Assembly: GCA_963795555.1 (NCBI GenBank)
Contig: CAWCHZ010000001.1
Location: 20,891-52,890, forward strand
DNA length: 32,000 nt
DNA from: an uncultured Solirubrobacterales bacterium
GTDB taxonomy: Bacteria > Actinomycetota > Thermoleophilia > Solirubrobacterales > Solirubrobacteraceae
Direction of reading: 5' to 3'
The notes under the pieces were generated by a model. It worked only from the letters and a program-made list of their open reading frames with translations. It did no database searches and was not told the DNA's origin. The translations under genes were made by a program, and so were the position numbers. Shown here in pieces: positions 1 to 8,180 of the stretch (position 1 is its first letter; each line of letters starts with the position of its first letter).

Positions 1-2991
1 TACGCCGGGGGGCAGGTGCGGCTCTATATCGATGGCACGTTCAACGTGCTGCAGGCCATCTCCGGCCGCGGCAACGCCAATGCCAACCCGTTTCGCATCG
101 GCGAGGACCTGCAGGCGCAGCTGTCCAGCGTGCGCGTGTACAACCGCGAGCTCGATGCCAACACGGTGAAGGCCAACATGTTCAACGGTCCCGACCCGGC
201 GAGCATCGCGGCCTGGTTCGACTTCGCGCAGGCACCGCCGGTCGACCGCGGTCCGCGCCACCTGCCGATCACCCTGTCGGCGGGTGCGGAGATGCAGGAG
301 CTGACGCCGTCGCTGGGGCTCGGCAGCACCGCCTACGCGGAGCCTCACCGCGACGAGCACGTCAACCCGGGCGGCGGCCAGGTCGATCCCTACACCGTCC
401 AGGGCTGGGTGCACATCGAGGGCAAGGATCCGCCGCACCAGGCGATCTTCGCCAACGGCAACCTCGACGAGGGCAGCGGGATCGCGCTGCTGCTCAACTA
501 CGACGTCGCGGCCGCGGCCTTTCGGGTCGTCTCCCAGCGCGGTCCCCTCTCCGGCGGCATTGCCCTGACCTCCACGGCGGTCATCCGCCGTGGGGTCTGG
601 GCCAACGTCGCGACGACGTTCGATGGCGCGACGCTCAAGATCTACGTCGACAGCGCGCTCGCGGGCAGCAGGGCGTGCGGGCCGATCCCGGTCAGCCGCC
701 TGTTCGGCGCACCGATGATCGGGGCGGCGCCGCGGCAGGGCCAGCCGATCAGCACCACGACCTTGCAGGGGTTTGTATCGCGCCTGGAGATCTGGCAGCG
801 CGCGCTGACCGCCGCCGAGGTGACGCAGTACATGCAAGCGGCGCCCCCGGTGGAGTCGACCGATCTGCAGGGCAGCTATGACTTCACCACGACGCCCGCG
901 CGCAACCGTCGCGACGGCGATCCAGTCGGGCTCGTCGACGGGGCTGAGATGACGACGGAGGTCTCGCACGCTGGTGCCGTGCGCGCCCGGCCGACGACGA
1001 TCGTGGCGGCGGGGCTCGACGAGCGGGCGTCCGGCGAGCGGGCCGGCATGGGACAGGGCGAGCAGCTCGACGAGCAGGCGATCGCCGATCTGCTCGCGCA
1101 GATCGACTTCGCCGGCTTCCTGGCCGAGCACGAGCAGACCCTGCGCGCCGCGGCCACGGCGGACGCCGGCCTCTTCGACGGCGACTCCGACGCCCAGCAG
1201 CTGATCCGCGACGCCTGGGATGACACGATCGAGCGCCTGCGCAGCGACCCGCGCTCGCTGCCGTTCCTGCTGACCTCGCATGTGATCGGCGAGGACTACG
1301 TGCTGCTCTGCCACACGCGCCGCGGCGCCCATGTCGCGATGCGCGCCCGCGTCGCCGATCTCGATCCATGCACGCAGTGGAAGGTCGAGCTGGCCTTCTG
1401 CATCGTGGCGGGCCTGATGGACGCCTTCTTCGGCATCTCGGCCCGGCTCACCCCGAGCGCGACCGACTTCATCGGGCGCGTGCTGCGCAACCCGGGCGTG
1501 ATGGCGCAGATGGGCCGCGGGCAGCTGATGACGGCCTCAGGGATCTACGGCATCCTCTACGCCCTGTGGTCGGGCGGCTTCCTCAAGCCGCTGATCTCGC
1601 TCGTCGTCGACGTCGGCTTCTGGACGCTGGCGCGCATCGCGGCCAAGCTCCTGCTCAAGTTGATCCCCGGCCTGGGGCAGGCGGATGTGATCGCGTCGCT
1701 GGTCGCGACCGCGGCGACGTTCGTCTTCATCTACACACAGCGACGTCCCGCGCAGTGCTCGGCGCTGCCGGCGGTCGACGTCGCGGCGATCAAGTTCAAC
1801 TACGACACGACGGGCGTTGCCGTCGACGCGCTGTCGATCCGCCGCAATTACGCCAAGCACGTCCCGGTCGCCGAGTGGACCAAGGGCGAGACCAAGCCCG
1901 AGCAGTCGCCGGCGGCCTATGCGATCGCCAGCACCACCGGCAAGACGGTGACGATCCAGGCGAAGTTCGTGATCAGCGATCCGACGATCACGCAGGCGCA
2001 GGTCCGCGCCGACGGCGGTGGCGTGCTCGGCGCGATCGACCCGTTCACCGTGACCTTCAAGAACGGCGTCTCCGACCCCGATTTCGTGACGCTCTCGCTG
2101 CCTCACCACACGCTCGCCACCAACGGGGTCGGGCGCACGGACATCTCGTGGACCTGGTACTACAAGACGCTCGGCGACTGGACGCAGTTGACCGTCACCC
2201 AGCACCGCATCTACGTCGTGCTGGCCATGCCGACCACGCCCTGGACGCAGTCCGCCACGCCATCCTCCGACACGCAGGTGCCCTGGGCGGACCTGCTCGA
2301 CTACGCGTGCGTGTGGGCCAACGGGGCAAAGACCGCCGGCGAGGCCGCCGGCCTGATCACGCAGAAGGTCAATGGCGGCATCGGCCTGAGCTACGACGTC
2401 CACGGTGGTGCGAGCGCGTACACCGCCTGGGGCGTCGCCGGCTGGGCCTTCCTGAGCACGGAGTTCCTCAAGTTCCTCGGCGGCCAGGGCGGCAAGGGCG
2501 GTGTGGTCAACTGCACCGACTGCGCGACGATCGTGACGACCTTCGCCAATGCGCTGGGCTGCAATTTGTATGCGTCGCAGATGCACGCCAGCGGAGGCGG
2601 CGGCTTCTATGTCAACAAGATGATCGCGATCGGCGGCACGACCTGGAGCTATCCGTTCGTGGCGCCAAATCCGCCGGCATTCTCCTACCATGAGGTCGCC
2701 TGGACGGGCACCGCGAGCTACTCCGACGGGCTCTACGACGCGTGCCTGAAGGTCGACTCCGGCAACAACCCGTGGAACTGGACCGACCCCAGCATCGTCC
2801 ACACGCCGCAGCTGCCGCAGGCGATGAAGTTCTCGACCCTGGGTGCCAACGTCAGCGTCCCGATCGCGGTGCCCTTCACGGCCTCGTCATACCGCGAGCG
2901 ACTGGCCACCAACGACGCCGCCGGCATCCTGAGCTGCCTGCCCCAGGGGGCGGAGAGCTATTCCAACGGCGGCCGGCGGGAGCTCGTGTGA
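1..2991 (+). CDS. Large membrane protein, 5'-partial: tandem LamG-like domains, 3-4 TM helices, C-terminal transglutaminase/papain-like Cys-His-Asp core (inferred)
   Basis: The frame is open to nt 1 (YAGGQVRLYIDG...), so the gene continues upstream. Two LamG-type jelly-roll endings are present (LYIDG...VRVYNRELDANTV and TLKIYVDS...RLEIWQRALTAAEV). Hydrophobic helices lie at about nt 1380-1740. The C-terminal part has GVVNCTDCATIVTTFANALGC (Cys codons 2512-2523), FSYHEVAW (His 2689-2691) and LYDAC (Asp 2737-2739), spaced like a transglutaminase-like core. GC3 is high throughout. Confidence 0.6.
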   Translation, partial: YAGGQVRLYIDGTFNVLQAISGRGNANANPFRIGEDLQAQLSSVRVYNRELDANTVKANMFNGPDPASIAAWFDFAQAPPVDRGPRHLPITLSAGAEMQELTPSLGLGSTAYAEPHRDEHVNPGGGQVDPYTVQGWVHIEGKDPPHQAIFANGNLDEGSGIALLLNYDVAAAAFRVVSQRGPLSGGIALTSTAVIRRGVWANVATTFDGATLKIYVDSALAGSRACGPIPVSRLFGAPMIGAAPRQGQPISTTTLQGFVSRLEIWQRALTAAEVTQYMQAAPPVESTDLQGSYDFTTTPARNRRDGDPVGLVDGAEMTTEVSHAGAVRARPTTIVAAGLDERASGERAGMGQGEQLDEQAIADLLAQIDFAGFLAEHEQTLRAAATADAGLFDGDSDAQQLIRDAWDDTIERLRSDPRSLPFLLTSHVIGEDYVLLCHTRRGAHVAMRARVADLDPCTQWKVELAFCIVAGLMDAFFGISARLTPSATDFIGRVLRNPGVMAQMGRGQLMTASGIYGILYALWSGGFLKPLISLVVDVGFWTLARIAAKLLLKLIPGLGQADVIASLVATAATFVFIYTQRRPAQCSALPAVDVAAIKFNYDTTGVAVDALSIRRNYAKHVPVAEWTKGETKPEQSPAAYAIASTTGKTVTIQAKFVISDPTITQAQVRADGGGVLGAIDPFTVTFKNGVSDPDFVTLSLPHHTLATNGVGRTDISWTWYYKTLGDWTQLTVTQHRIYVVLAMPTTPWTQSATPSSDTQVPWADLLDYACVWANGAKTAGEAAGLITQKVNGGIGLSYDVHGGASAYTAWGVAGWAFLSTEFLKFLGGQGGKGGVVNCTDCATIVTTFANALGCNLYASQMHASGGGGFYVNKMIAIGGTTWSYPFVAPNPPAFSYHEVAWTGTASYSDGLYDACLKVDSGNNPWNWTDPSIVHTPQLPQAMKFSTLGANVSVPIAVPFTASSYRERLATNDAAGILSCLPQGAESYSNGGRRELV

Positions 2992-3040
2992 GGACGAGGC
3001 GGCGAGCCGGGGTGGGGATGAGGCGACGCGAGCTGGCGAG

Positions 3041-3523
3041 TTGACCGTGGACGAGTACGACGAGCGCAGGGAGCAGGTCAAGGAGCGCTACGGCTTCGCC
3101 TCATGGCTGGGCCGCGAGGCGGCTGGGCCGGCGCGCTTCGCCGCAGATCCCCACCAGCTGCCGCGCGTGCGCTTCGAGGAGCGCGTCGCGATGCCCGGCG
3201 GGCGGACCTACATCGACTACCTCACCCATGAGCAGCCGGGTGGACGTATCGCCGTGACGATCGCCGGGCACGCTGACGCCGTCGCGGCGCAGGAGGCGTT
3301 GATCGACGTGCTGGCGCATTCGATGGCGCTGCGCCTGCCGAGCTGCGGCGAACGCGGGATCGAGGTCGGCGACGTCTGCTTCTGCACGGCCGGAGAGCCG
3401 CTGTTGCGAATCTACTTCGTCCGTGTCAATGTGCTCGTGCGCGTCGAGAGCGTGGGCGAGGTGCCGGTGTCCGTCACCGACGTCGCCGCGGCCGTCGACG
3501 CGCAGATCCGCGCGGCGCGCTGA
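3041..3523 (+). CDS. Hypothetical protein (160 aa), no family recognised
   Basis: Strong GC3 codon bias. It lies on the same strand 49 nt after the LamG/TGase-like gene. The TTG start (or GTG at 3047) has no clear SD. No signal peptide or TM segment. Confidence 0.5.
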   Translation: MTVDEYDERREQVKERYGFASWLGREAAGPARFAADPHQLPRVRFEERVAMPGGRTYIDYLTHEQPGGRIAVTIAGHADAVAAQEALIDVLAHSMALRLPSCGERGIEVGDVCFCTAGEPLLRIYFVRVNVLVRVESVGEVPVSVTDVAAAVDAQIRAAR

Positions 3524-3567
3524 TCTGGCTGGGCCGGAACCCATTCCACCCACAAGCGAGGTGCTCG

Positions 3568-3798
3568 ATGAACGGTGACGGTAACGGCAACGGCGACCCC
3601 ACGCCCACGCCCACCCCGACCCCTACGCCCACCCCTCCGGAGCCATCGCCCAAGCCGGCTCCGCCGCCCCCGCCGCCTCCGACGCCCACGCCGACTTCGC
3701 CCCCCACGCCGACTCCCACGCCTACGCCGACTCCCACGCCCACGCCCTCCGACCCACCGTCGGTGCCGGCTACGCCGACCACAGAGCCGGACGAGTAA
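3568..3798 (+). CDS. Small Pro/Thr-repeat protein (76 aa), intrinsically disordered, function unknown
   Basis: ATG is preceded by GAGGTG (3558-3563). The sequence is MNGDGNGNGD followed by (PT)n, a PPPPPPP stretch and (TP)n, ending at a TAA stop. There is no signal peptide or TM segment. The antisense and +1 frames are also open because of the repeat, so coding status is uncertain. Confidence 0.35.
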   Translation: MNGDGNGNGDPTPTPTPTPTPTPPEPSPKPAPPPPPPPTPTPTSPPTPTPTPTPTPTPTPSDPPSVPATPTTEPDE

Positions 3799-3925
3799 CG
3801 GGTAAGCCGCGGCCGCCCGTCCCGGGGTCTCAGTGGCCTCGGGTGCGGGCGCCCGCGTCTTCTGCGCGCCGCCGCTGCCGTGACCGGTGGGGTCGGCTCG
3901 CCGATCAACCCACCCGCCATCAAAT

Positions 3926-3950
3926 GAGGCGCCACCCCGCTTGGCGCCTC
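3926..3950 (+). terminator. GC-rich hairpin (9-bp stem, 7-nt loop) between the PT-repeat ORF and the next gene; possible terminator or leader structure
   Basis: GAGGCGCCA (3926-3934), loop CCCCGCT, then TGGCGCCTC (3942-3950), a perfect complement. No U-tract follows. Confidence 0.25.
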
Positions 3951-3971
3951 GACCCGATCAAGGAGAGGCCA

Positions 3972-4268
3972 ATGCACGCGCGCGTGGCGACGTTCGAGGG
4001 TGCTGAGCCCGAGCAGGTGCGCCAGATGGCGGAGGGGATCAGGGAGCAGGCCACGGCCGGTCTGCCGGAGGAGGTCCCCGCCGCGGGCCTGCTGCTCCTC
4101 ACGAGCTCCGAGCAGCGCAAGGTCGTGGCGATCGCGCTGTTCGAGACCGCCGAGGACCTGGCGAAGGGCCACGCCACGCTGAGCGCCATCGATCCCCCGA
4201 TTCCCGGCGGCTTCGGCCGGCGCACCTCGGTAGAGCTCTACGAGGTGGGGTTGCGGATCGACCTCTGA
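3972..4268 (+). CDS. Small dimeric alpha/beta-barrel (ABM-like) protein, 98 aa
   Basis: ATG at 3972 has a strong SD, AAGGAGAGG (3960-3968). MHARVATFEG...VVAIALFETAEDL resembles small ferredoxin-like barrel proteins. The upstream part of the 3843 ORF has no start context. Confidence 0.5.
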   Translation: MHARVATFEGAEPEQVRQMAEGIREQATAGLPEEVPAAGLLLLTSSEQRKVVAIALFETAEDLAKGHATLSAIDPPIPGGFGRRTSVELYEVGLRIDL

Positions 4269-4338
4269 GGCACGGCCGCGTTGGTGGCGCTTGCGGGGGT
4301 GGCGCCTGTGGGGCGCTGCGCTCCCGCTGCCGCCGCGC

Positions 4339-4743
4339 CTAGCCCTCCTCCGGGGGCGCGTGCTGCTCGAGGTACTGCTTGGCCAGGCGGGCGGGAGCGC
4401 GCGCCAGCCAGGCCTCGACGATCAGCTCCCGCAGCTCGTCGTGCGCGATCTGATCGAGGCGCACGAGCACGGCGGGGAAGCCGTCGAAGTGCGGCGTCGT
4501 GAAGTAGATGTCGGGATCGGTCGCCAGCAGCGCCTCCTTGGCCACCAGGTGCTCGACCCGCGCGCCGAGGATCGGACCGCTGGGCGCGGCGTCGCCGAGC
4601 GCGCGCAGATCCGATCCGCGAAGCGGGCGCTCCCACACGAAATTCTTGTCGCGCACGCGCCAGAACATGAGCTCGCGCCTGCGCTCCTCGCTGGTCTCGG
4701 GCAGCGCGAGCGCGATCCGGCGTACGTCGTCCCAGCTGGCCAC
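4339..4743 (-). CDS. MmcQ/YjbR family protein
   Basis: (V/M)ASWDDVRRIALALPETSEE...FWRVRDKNFVWERPLR...FTTPHFDGFPAVLVRLD...LRELIVEAWLARAP is the actinobacterial YjbR-type pattern. The GTG start at 4743 was chosen so the gene does not overlap DUF2277; the long N-terminal extension to 5067 is antisense to that gene. Confidence 0.7.
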   Translation of the reverse strand: MASWDDVRRIALALPETSEERRRELMFWRVRDKNFVWERPLRGSDLRALGDAAPSGPILGARVEHLVAKEALLATDPDIYFTTPHFDGFPAVLVRLDQIAHDELRELIVEAWLARAPARLAKQYLEQHAPPEEG

Positions 4744-4776
4744 GCGACGCAGGGTAGCGGCGGCTACGATGGCGGC

Positions 4777-5046
4777 ATGTGTCGCAACATCCGCACCCTG
4801 CACAACTACGAGCCGCCCGCCTCGGACGATGAGATCCGCGCGGCGGCGCTGCAGTACGTCCGCAAGATCAGCGGCTTCGCCAAGCCCTCGCGTACCAACG
4901 AGGAGGCCTTCGAGCAGGCCGTCGAGGCGGTCTCCGCGGCGTCCGCGCGGCTGCTCGAGCAGCTCGTCACCAGCGCGCCGCCCAAGGATCGCGAGATCGA
5001 GGCGGCCAAGGCGCGCGCCCGCGCCGCGCAGCGCTTCGCGGCGTAG
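4777..5046 (+). CDS. DUF2277 family protein (89 aa)
   Basis: MCRNIRTLHNYEPPASDDEIRAAALQYVRKISGFAKPSRTNEEAFEQAV... is the typical conserved N-terminus of this family. ATG at 4777-4779. Confidence 0.75.
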   Translation: MCRNIRTLHNYEPPASDDEIRAAALQYVRKISGFAKPSRTNEEAFEQAVEAVSAASARLLEQLVTSAPPKDREIEAAKARARAAQRFAA

Positions 5047-5065
5047 CGCGGGCCCGGTCGTCGGC

Positions 5066-5086
5066 ACGAGCCGAGCGGGGGCTCGT
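5066..5086. terminator. Hairpin between convergent genes (candidate bidirectional terminator)
   Basis: ACGAGCC (5066-5072), loop GAGCGGG, then GGCTCGT (5080-5086). It sits between the DUF2277 stop (5046) and the ArsR-SRPBCC stop (5086). Confidence 0.3.
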
Positions 5087-5856
5087 CAGGCCGTCCAGCT
5101 GGACGCCTGCGCATAGCGCAGCGAGCCCGGCGTGGTGAGCGTCTCGCCGGTCTCCAGCAGCGTCTTGAGCCCGGACAGGATCATCGGCCAGCCGCCGTAG
5201 AGCTCGCCGTTGGCGCCCTCGCGCAGCTGGTCGTGGATCACGGTCAGGCGGCAGGAGTCCTGCACCTGCTCGATCTCCCAGGCGACCCGTGAGGTTCCCT
5301 CCGCCTTGACCTCGTCGCTCCAGAGCGCATTGAAGCTCTGCACCAGCCGCCGCGGTGGATCGACCTCGAGGTTCTCGCCGGACATGATCGCGGTGCCGGC
5401 CGCGACCCCCCGATAGTCGGAGCCCTTGCTCCAGTCCGACTCGACGCCCACGCCGAAGGTGTACTTCCGGCGCAGCTCGGGGTCGGTGATCGCCTCCCAG
5501 AGGCGCTCCGGCGTCGTCTTGATGTAGATCTCGAAGACCTTCTCCATCGTGCTGTCCTCCAGTCGCTGCTTGAGGTCGCTCAAAGTCGCGGCCCAGGGCT
5601 CGGCGTACTTGCTCACCCAGCGGTCGTGGATGAGCCGGATCGGGACGGGGTTCAGGAAGTGCAGCTTCTCGCGGCCGCGACGCCTGGTCACGACTAGGCC
5701 CGCCTGCTCGAGCACTCGCAGGTGCTTCATCACGCCAAAGCGCGTCATCGGCAGGCGCCCCTCCAGAGCGCTCAGCGTCTGCCCATCCGTGCGGAAGAGC
5801 TCGTCGAGCAGGCTGCGGCGCGTCGGGTCCGCCAATGCCTTGAACACCTCGTCCAT
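5086..5856 (-). CDS. ArsR-family wHTH regulator fused to a C-terminal SRPBCC/AHSA1-like domain
   Basis: FKALADPTRRSLLDEL...LSALEGRLPMTRFGVMKHLRVLEQAGLV is an ArsR/SmtB HTH. The C-terminal half (FEIYIKTTPERLWEAITDPE...) resembles an Aha1/SRPBCC ligand-binding fold. The start at ATG 5856 is supported by promoter geometry; an alternative GTG lies at 5886. Confidence 0.8.
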   Translation of the reverse strand: MDEVFKALADPTRRSLLDELFRTDGQTLSALEGRLPMTRFGVMKHLRVLEQAGLVVTRRRGREKLHFLNPVPIRLIHDRWVSKYAEPWAATLSDLKQRLEDSTMEKVFEIYIKTTPERLWEAITDPELRRKYTFGVGVESDWSKGSDYRGVAAGTAIMSGENLEVDPPRRLVQSFNALWSDEVKAEGTSRVAWEIEQVQDSCRLTVIHDQLREGANGELYGGWPMILSGLKTLLETGETLTTPGSLRYAQASSWTA

Positions 5857-5863
5857 GCCCGGG

Positions 5864-5893
5864 AGGATAAGTGACCTTTCAGTCACATGTCAA
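5864..5893 (-). promoter_or_regulatory. Sigma70-like promoter for the ArsR-SRPBCC gene with an inverted-repeat operator in the spacer; predicts a leaderless mRNA
   Basis: On the minus strand: TTGACA (5893-5888), an 18-nt spacer, TATCCT (5869-5864), then 7 nt (CCCGGGC) to ATG 5856. The spacer contains the inverted repeat GTGAC-N6-GTCAC (5871-5886). Confidence 0.45.
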
Positions 5894-6029
5894 GGGGCAC
5901 GATTCAGGGCAGCGGCTGGTCCTGGTCGAGGTCCGTCTCCACAGTCGGGGGCGCGTCGTGGTCGCCGAGCGAGGGGGGCGTGGACCGGGCCCTACCGCTA
6001 CGATCCGTCATGGTCATCAGGGGGATGGC

Positions 6030-7397
6030 ATGAGGCGAATCGCGATCGTCGGCGCCGGCCAGGCGGGCCTGGTCGCCGCGCACGCGCTGCTGCAACGCGG
6101 CTATCAGGTGACGGTCCACTCCGACAAGAGCCCGGAGGACTTCCTCGAGCGCTCGCGTCCGACGGGCGCGGCAGCGCGGTTCGAGATGGCTGTGGCGTTC
6201 GAGCGCGAGCTGGGCCTCGAGCACTGGGGCCATCAGGCGCCACGCTGTGAGGGCGTCCATTTGACATTCTGCCCCCGGCGCGACAACCAGCTGCTGACGC
6301 TGCTCGGTCGCCTCACCAAGGGCCATCTGATGGCGATCGACCTGCGGCTGCAGAGTGCCACCTGGCTCGAGCAGCTGGCCGAGCGCGGCGGTGGCGTGGA
6401 GATCGAGAGCGTGGATGTCCGGCGGCTCGACGAGATCGCCGCTCGCAACGACCTGACGATCGTCGCGGCCGGTCGCGGTGAGCTGACCAAGCTCTTCCCG
6501 CGCGATCAGGCGCGCAGCGTCTATCGCTCCCCGCAACGCCAGCTGGCGATGATCTGCGTGCGCGACGTGCCGATCGGCGTGCCCTATGCGCCGTGGTTCT
6601 TGCCGATCAAGTTCAACTTCCTCGGCCCCTACGGCGAGGCCTTCTGGATGCCCTGGTACTCCAAGGATGGCGACCATGCCACGGTGCTGGTGGTCGAGGC
6701 GCGCGCGGGCAGCCCGCTGGATCGCTTCCGCGACTGCGCCAGCGCAGAGCAGGTGCTCGCGCGCGCCCAGGCGGCGATTCGCGAGCTGACGCCTTGGGAC
6801 CGCGAATCCTTCGAGCACGCGCGAATCTGTGACGAGAACGCCTGGCTGGTCGGGGCGATTACGCCCGAGATCCGCCACGTGGTTGGGACGCTGCCGTCGG
6901 GACGTCACGTCATGGCGCTCGGCGACACCGCCCAATCGCTCGATCCGATTGCCGGACAGGGGGCCAACAGCGGCAACAAGATGGCGCAGGTCTACGCCGT
7001 TGCGGTCGCCGAGCGCGGCGATCTGCCCTTCGACGCCGACTGGATGCGTGCCACCTTCGAGCGCTTCTGGGCCCGCCACGGTGACTGCGACCGGCTCACC
7101 AGCACCCTGCTCGAACCGCTCAGCCCCGCCGGAGGCATGCTGCTGACGGCGCAGTACGGCAGCACCGGCTGCCCCGACGACGACAGTCCCCAGCAGCGGA
7201 TCGCCAACGCGTTCATCGACAACTTCAACGACCCGATCGAGCTCACCGACGCACTGCATGACGTGGGACGAGCTAAGCAGGTGATCAGCGACGCGTTCGG
7301 CTCGGCGACGCGGCCGCTGGTCTGGGGACGGCTGCGGCTGGCCCGCGGCCAGCTGCGTCAGCGCCTCGGCCGGCCGGCCGGGCATCCCGGCAGCTAG
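6030..7397 (+). CDS. FAD-dependent monooxygenase, StyA (styrene monooxygenase oxygenase subunit)-like
   Basis: SD AGGGGGA precedes ATG 6030. The N-terminus has the GxGxxG motif (IAIVGAGQAGL). ALGDTAQSLDPIAGQGANSGN and FIDNFNDP match the StyA motifs GLGDIQATVDPVLGQGANMAS and FTDNFNYP as I recall them. Confidence 0.75.
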   Translation: MRRIAIVGAGQAGLVAAHALLQRGYQVTVHSDKSPEDFLERSRPTGAAARFEMAVAFERELGLEHWGHQAPRCEGVHLTFCPRRDNQLLTLLGRLTKGHLMAIDLRLQSATWLEQLAERGGGVEIESVDVRRLDEIAARNDLTIVAAGRGELTKLFPRDQARSVYRSPQRQLAMICVRDVPIGVPYAPWFLPIKFNFLGPYGEAFWMPWYSKDGDHATVLVVEARAGSPLDRFRDCASAEQVLARAQAAIRELTPWDRESFEHARICDENAWLVGAITPEIRHVVGTLPSGRHVMALGDTAQSLDPIAGQGANSGNKMAQVYAVAVAERGDLPFDADWMRATFERFWARHGDCDRLTSTLLEPLSPAGGMLLTAQYGSTGCPDDDSPQQRIANAFIDNFNDPIELTDALHDVGRAKQVISDAFGSATRPLVWGRLRLARGQLRQRLGRPAGHPGS

Positions 7398-7448
7398 CGC
7401 GGCGCGTCTCCGCGGCGCGCAGGCGGCCACCGCTCTGCCTGCGGCCGC

Positions 7449-8099
7449 TCAGCCCCAGAGCAGCCGGTTGTTCACGCGACGCCCCGAGCGCGGGACGTTC
7501 GCCTGGGTAGCGAGCGCGTCGGCATGCTGCTGGACGATCTCCAGCGTCCGCTCCAGGAAATTGCCGACGATCTGTCGCTCCTCGGCGGTCAGCTCGCGGA
7601 TGAGCTGATGATGACCGTCGATGAACGCCTCGAGCTGCTCGCAGATCGTGTGCCGAGCAGCGTCGGTGACGTTCAGCACGATGCTGCGCCGATCGCTGGG
7701 ATGGGGCTCACGCGCGACGTGCCCGGCGCGCTCGAGCCGATAGGACAACCCGGTGATCCCTCCCGAGCTGAGCCCGAGCTGCGCGCCCAGCTGGGTCGCG
7801 GTCATGCTGCCATGCGCCAGCAGCTGCTCGAGCGCGGCGATCTCGATGTCGCTGATCCCGAGCGTGGTGGCGAGCTGACCGCGCAGCTTGCCGCCGGCGA
7901 TCTGGCGGCGATTCATCAGCTCGCCAATCCGCTCCGGCGAGAACGCCGGACGGCGGCTCAGCCCGCCGCGGTCCGGAAGCGCCACCAGCCGTCCCTCGGC
8001 TCGCTCGTCGAGCCCACGCCGCCCTCCCCGTGAGCGGGTCGGGCGGGCTCGCCTACCGCCTTCGCGCGGGGCACCAGCGTCGGGTTCGATCTCGCTCAT
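7449..8099 (-). CDS. MarR-family transcriptional regulator with an Arg-rich N-terminal extension
   Basis: LGISDIEIAALEQLLAHGSMTATQLGAQLGLSSGGITGLSYRLERAGHVAREPHPSDRRSIVLNVTDAA is a MarR wHTH. The start is uncertain: ATG 8099 lacks an SD, and an in-frame GTG at 7985 is possible. Confidence 0.8.
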   Translation of the reverse strand: MSEIEPDAGAPREGGRRARPTRSRGGRRGLDERAEGRLVALPDRGGLSRRPAFSPERIGELMNRRQIAGGKLRGQLATTLGISDIEIAALEQLLAHGSMTATQLGAQLGLSSGGITGLSYRLERAGHVAREPHPSDRRSIVLNVTDAARHTICEQLEAFIDGHHQLIRELTAEERQIVGNFLERTLEIVQQHADALATQANVPRSGRRVNNRLLWG

Positions 8100-8118
8100 T
8101 GATCTGGACGCTCGGGGC

Positions 8119-8179
8119 AGAAGCTTCTCATCACTCTGCGAACGTTCAATCGGGAGTTCTCCCTATGCAGGGCCTGCAT
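8119..8179. promoter_or_regulatory. Three perfect palindromes in the 81-bp region upstream of marR and downstream of the LuxR-type gene
   Basis: AGAAGCTTCT (8119-8128), GAACGTTC (8140-8147) and ATGCAGG-G-CCTGCAT (8165-8179). The segment is locally AT-richer than its surroundings. Confidence 0.4.
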
Positions 8180-8180
8180 C

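Noticed and set aside
3474-4172. A 232-aa minus-strand ORF containing (GV)n repeats, and the +1-frame ORF 3575-3805 (RPRP repeats)
   Set aside because: These are alternative readings of the PT-repeat DNA. Neither has a start context as good as the 3568 ATG, and the minus ORF overlaps the well-supported 3972-4268 gene.
4291-4776. The N-terminal 162 aa of the 251-aa ORF 4291..5046, and the N-terminal 108 aa of ORF 4339..5067 (-)
   Set aside because: Each extension is antisense to the conserved core of the opposing gene (YjbR or DUF2277). The family-conserved N-termini (MCRNIRTLHN and ASWDDVRRIALALP) begin internally, so the genes are divergent neighbours rather than overlapping.
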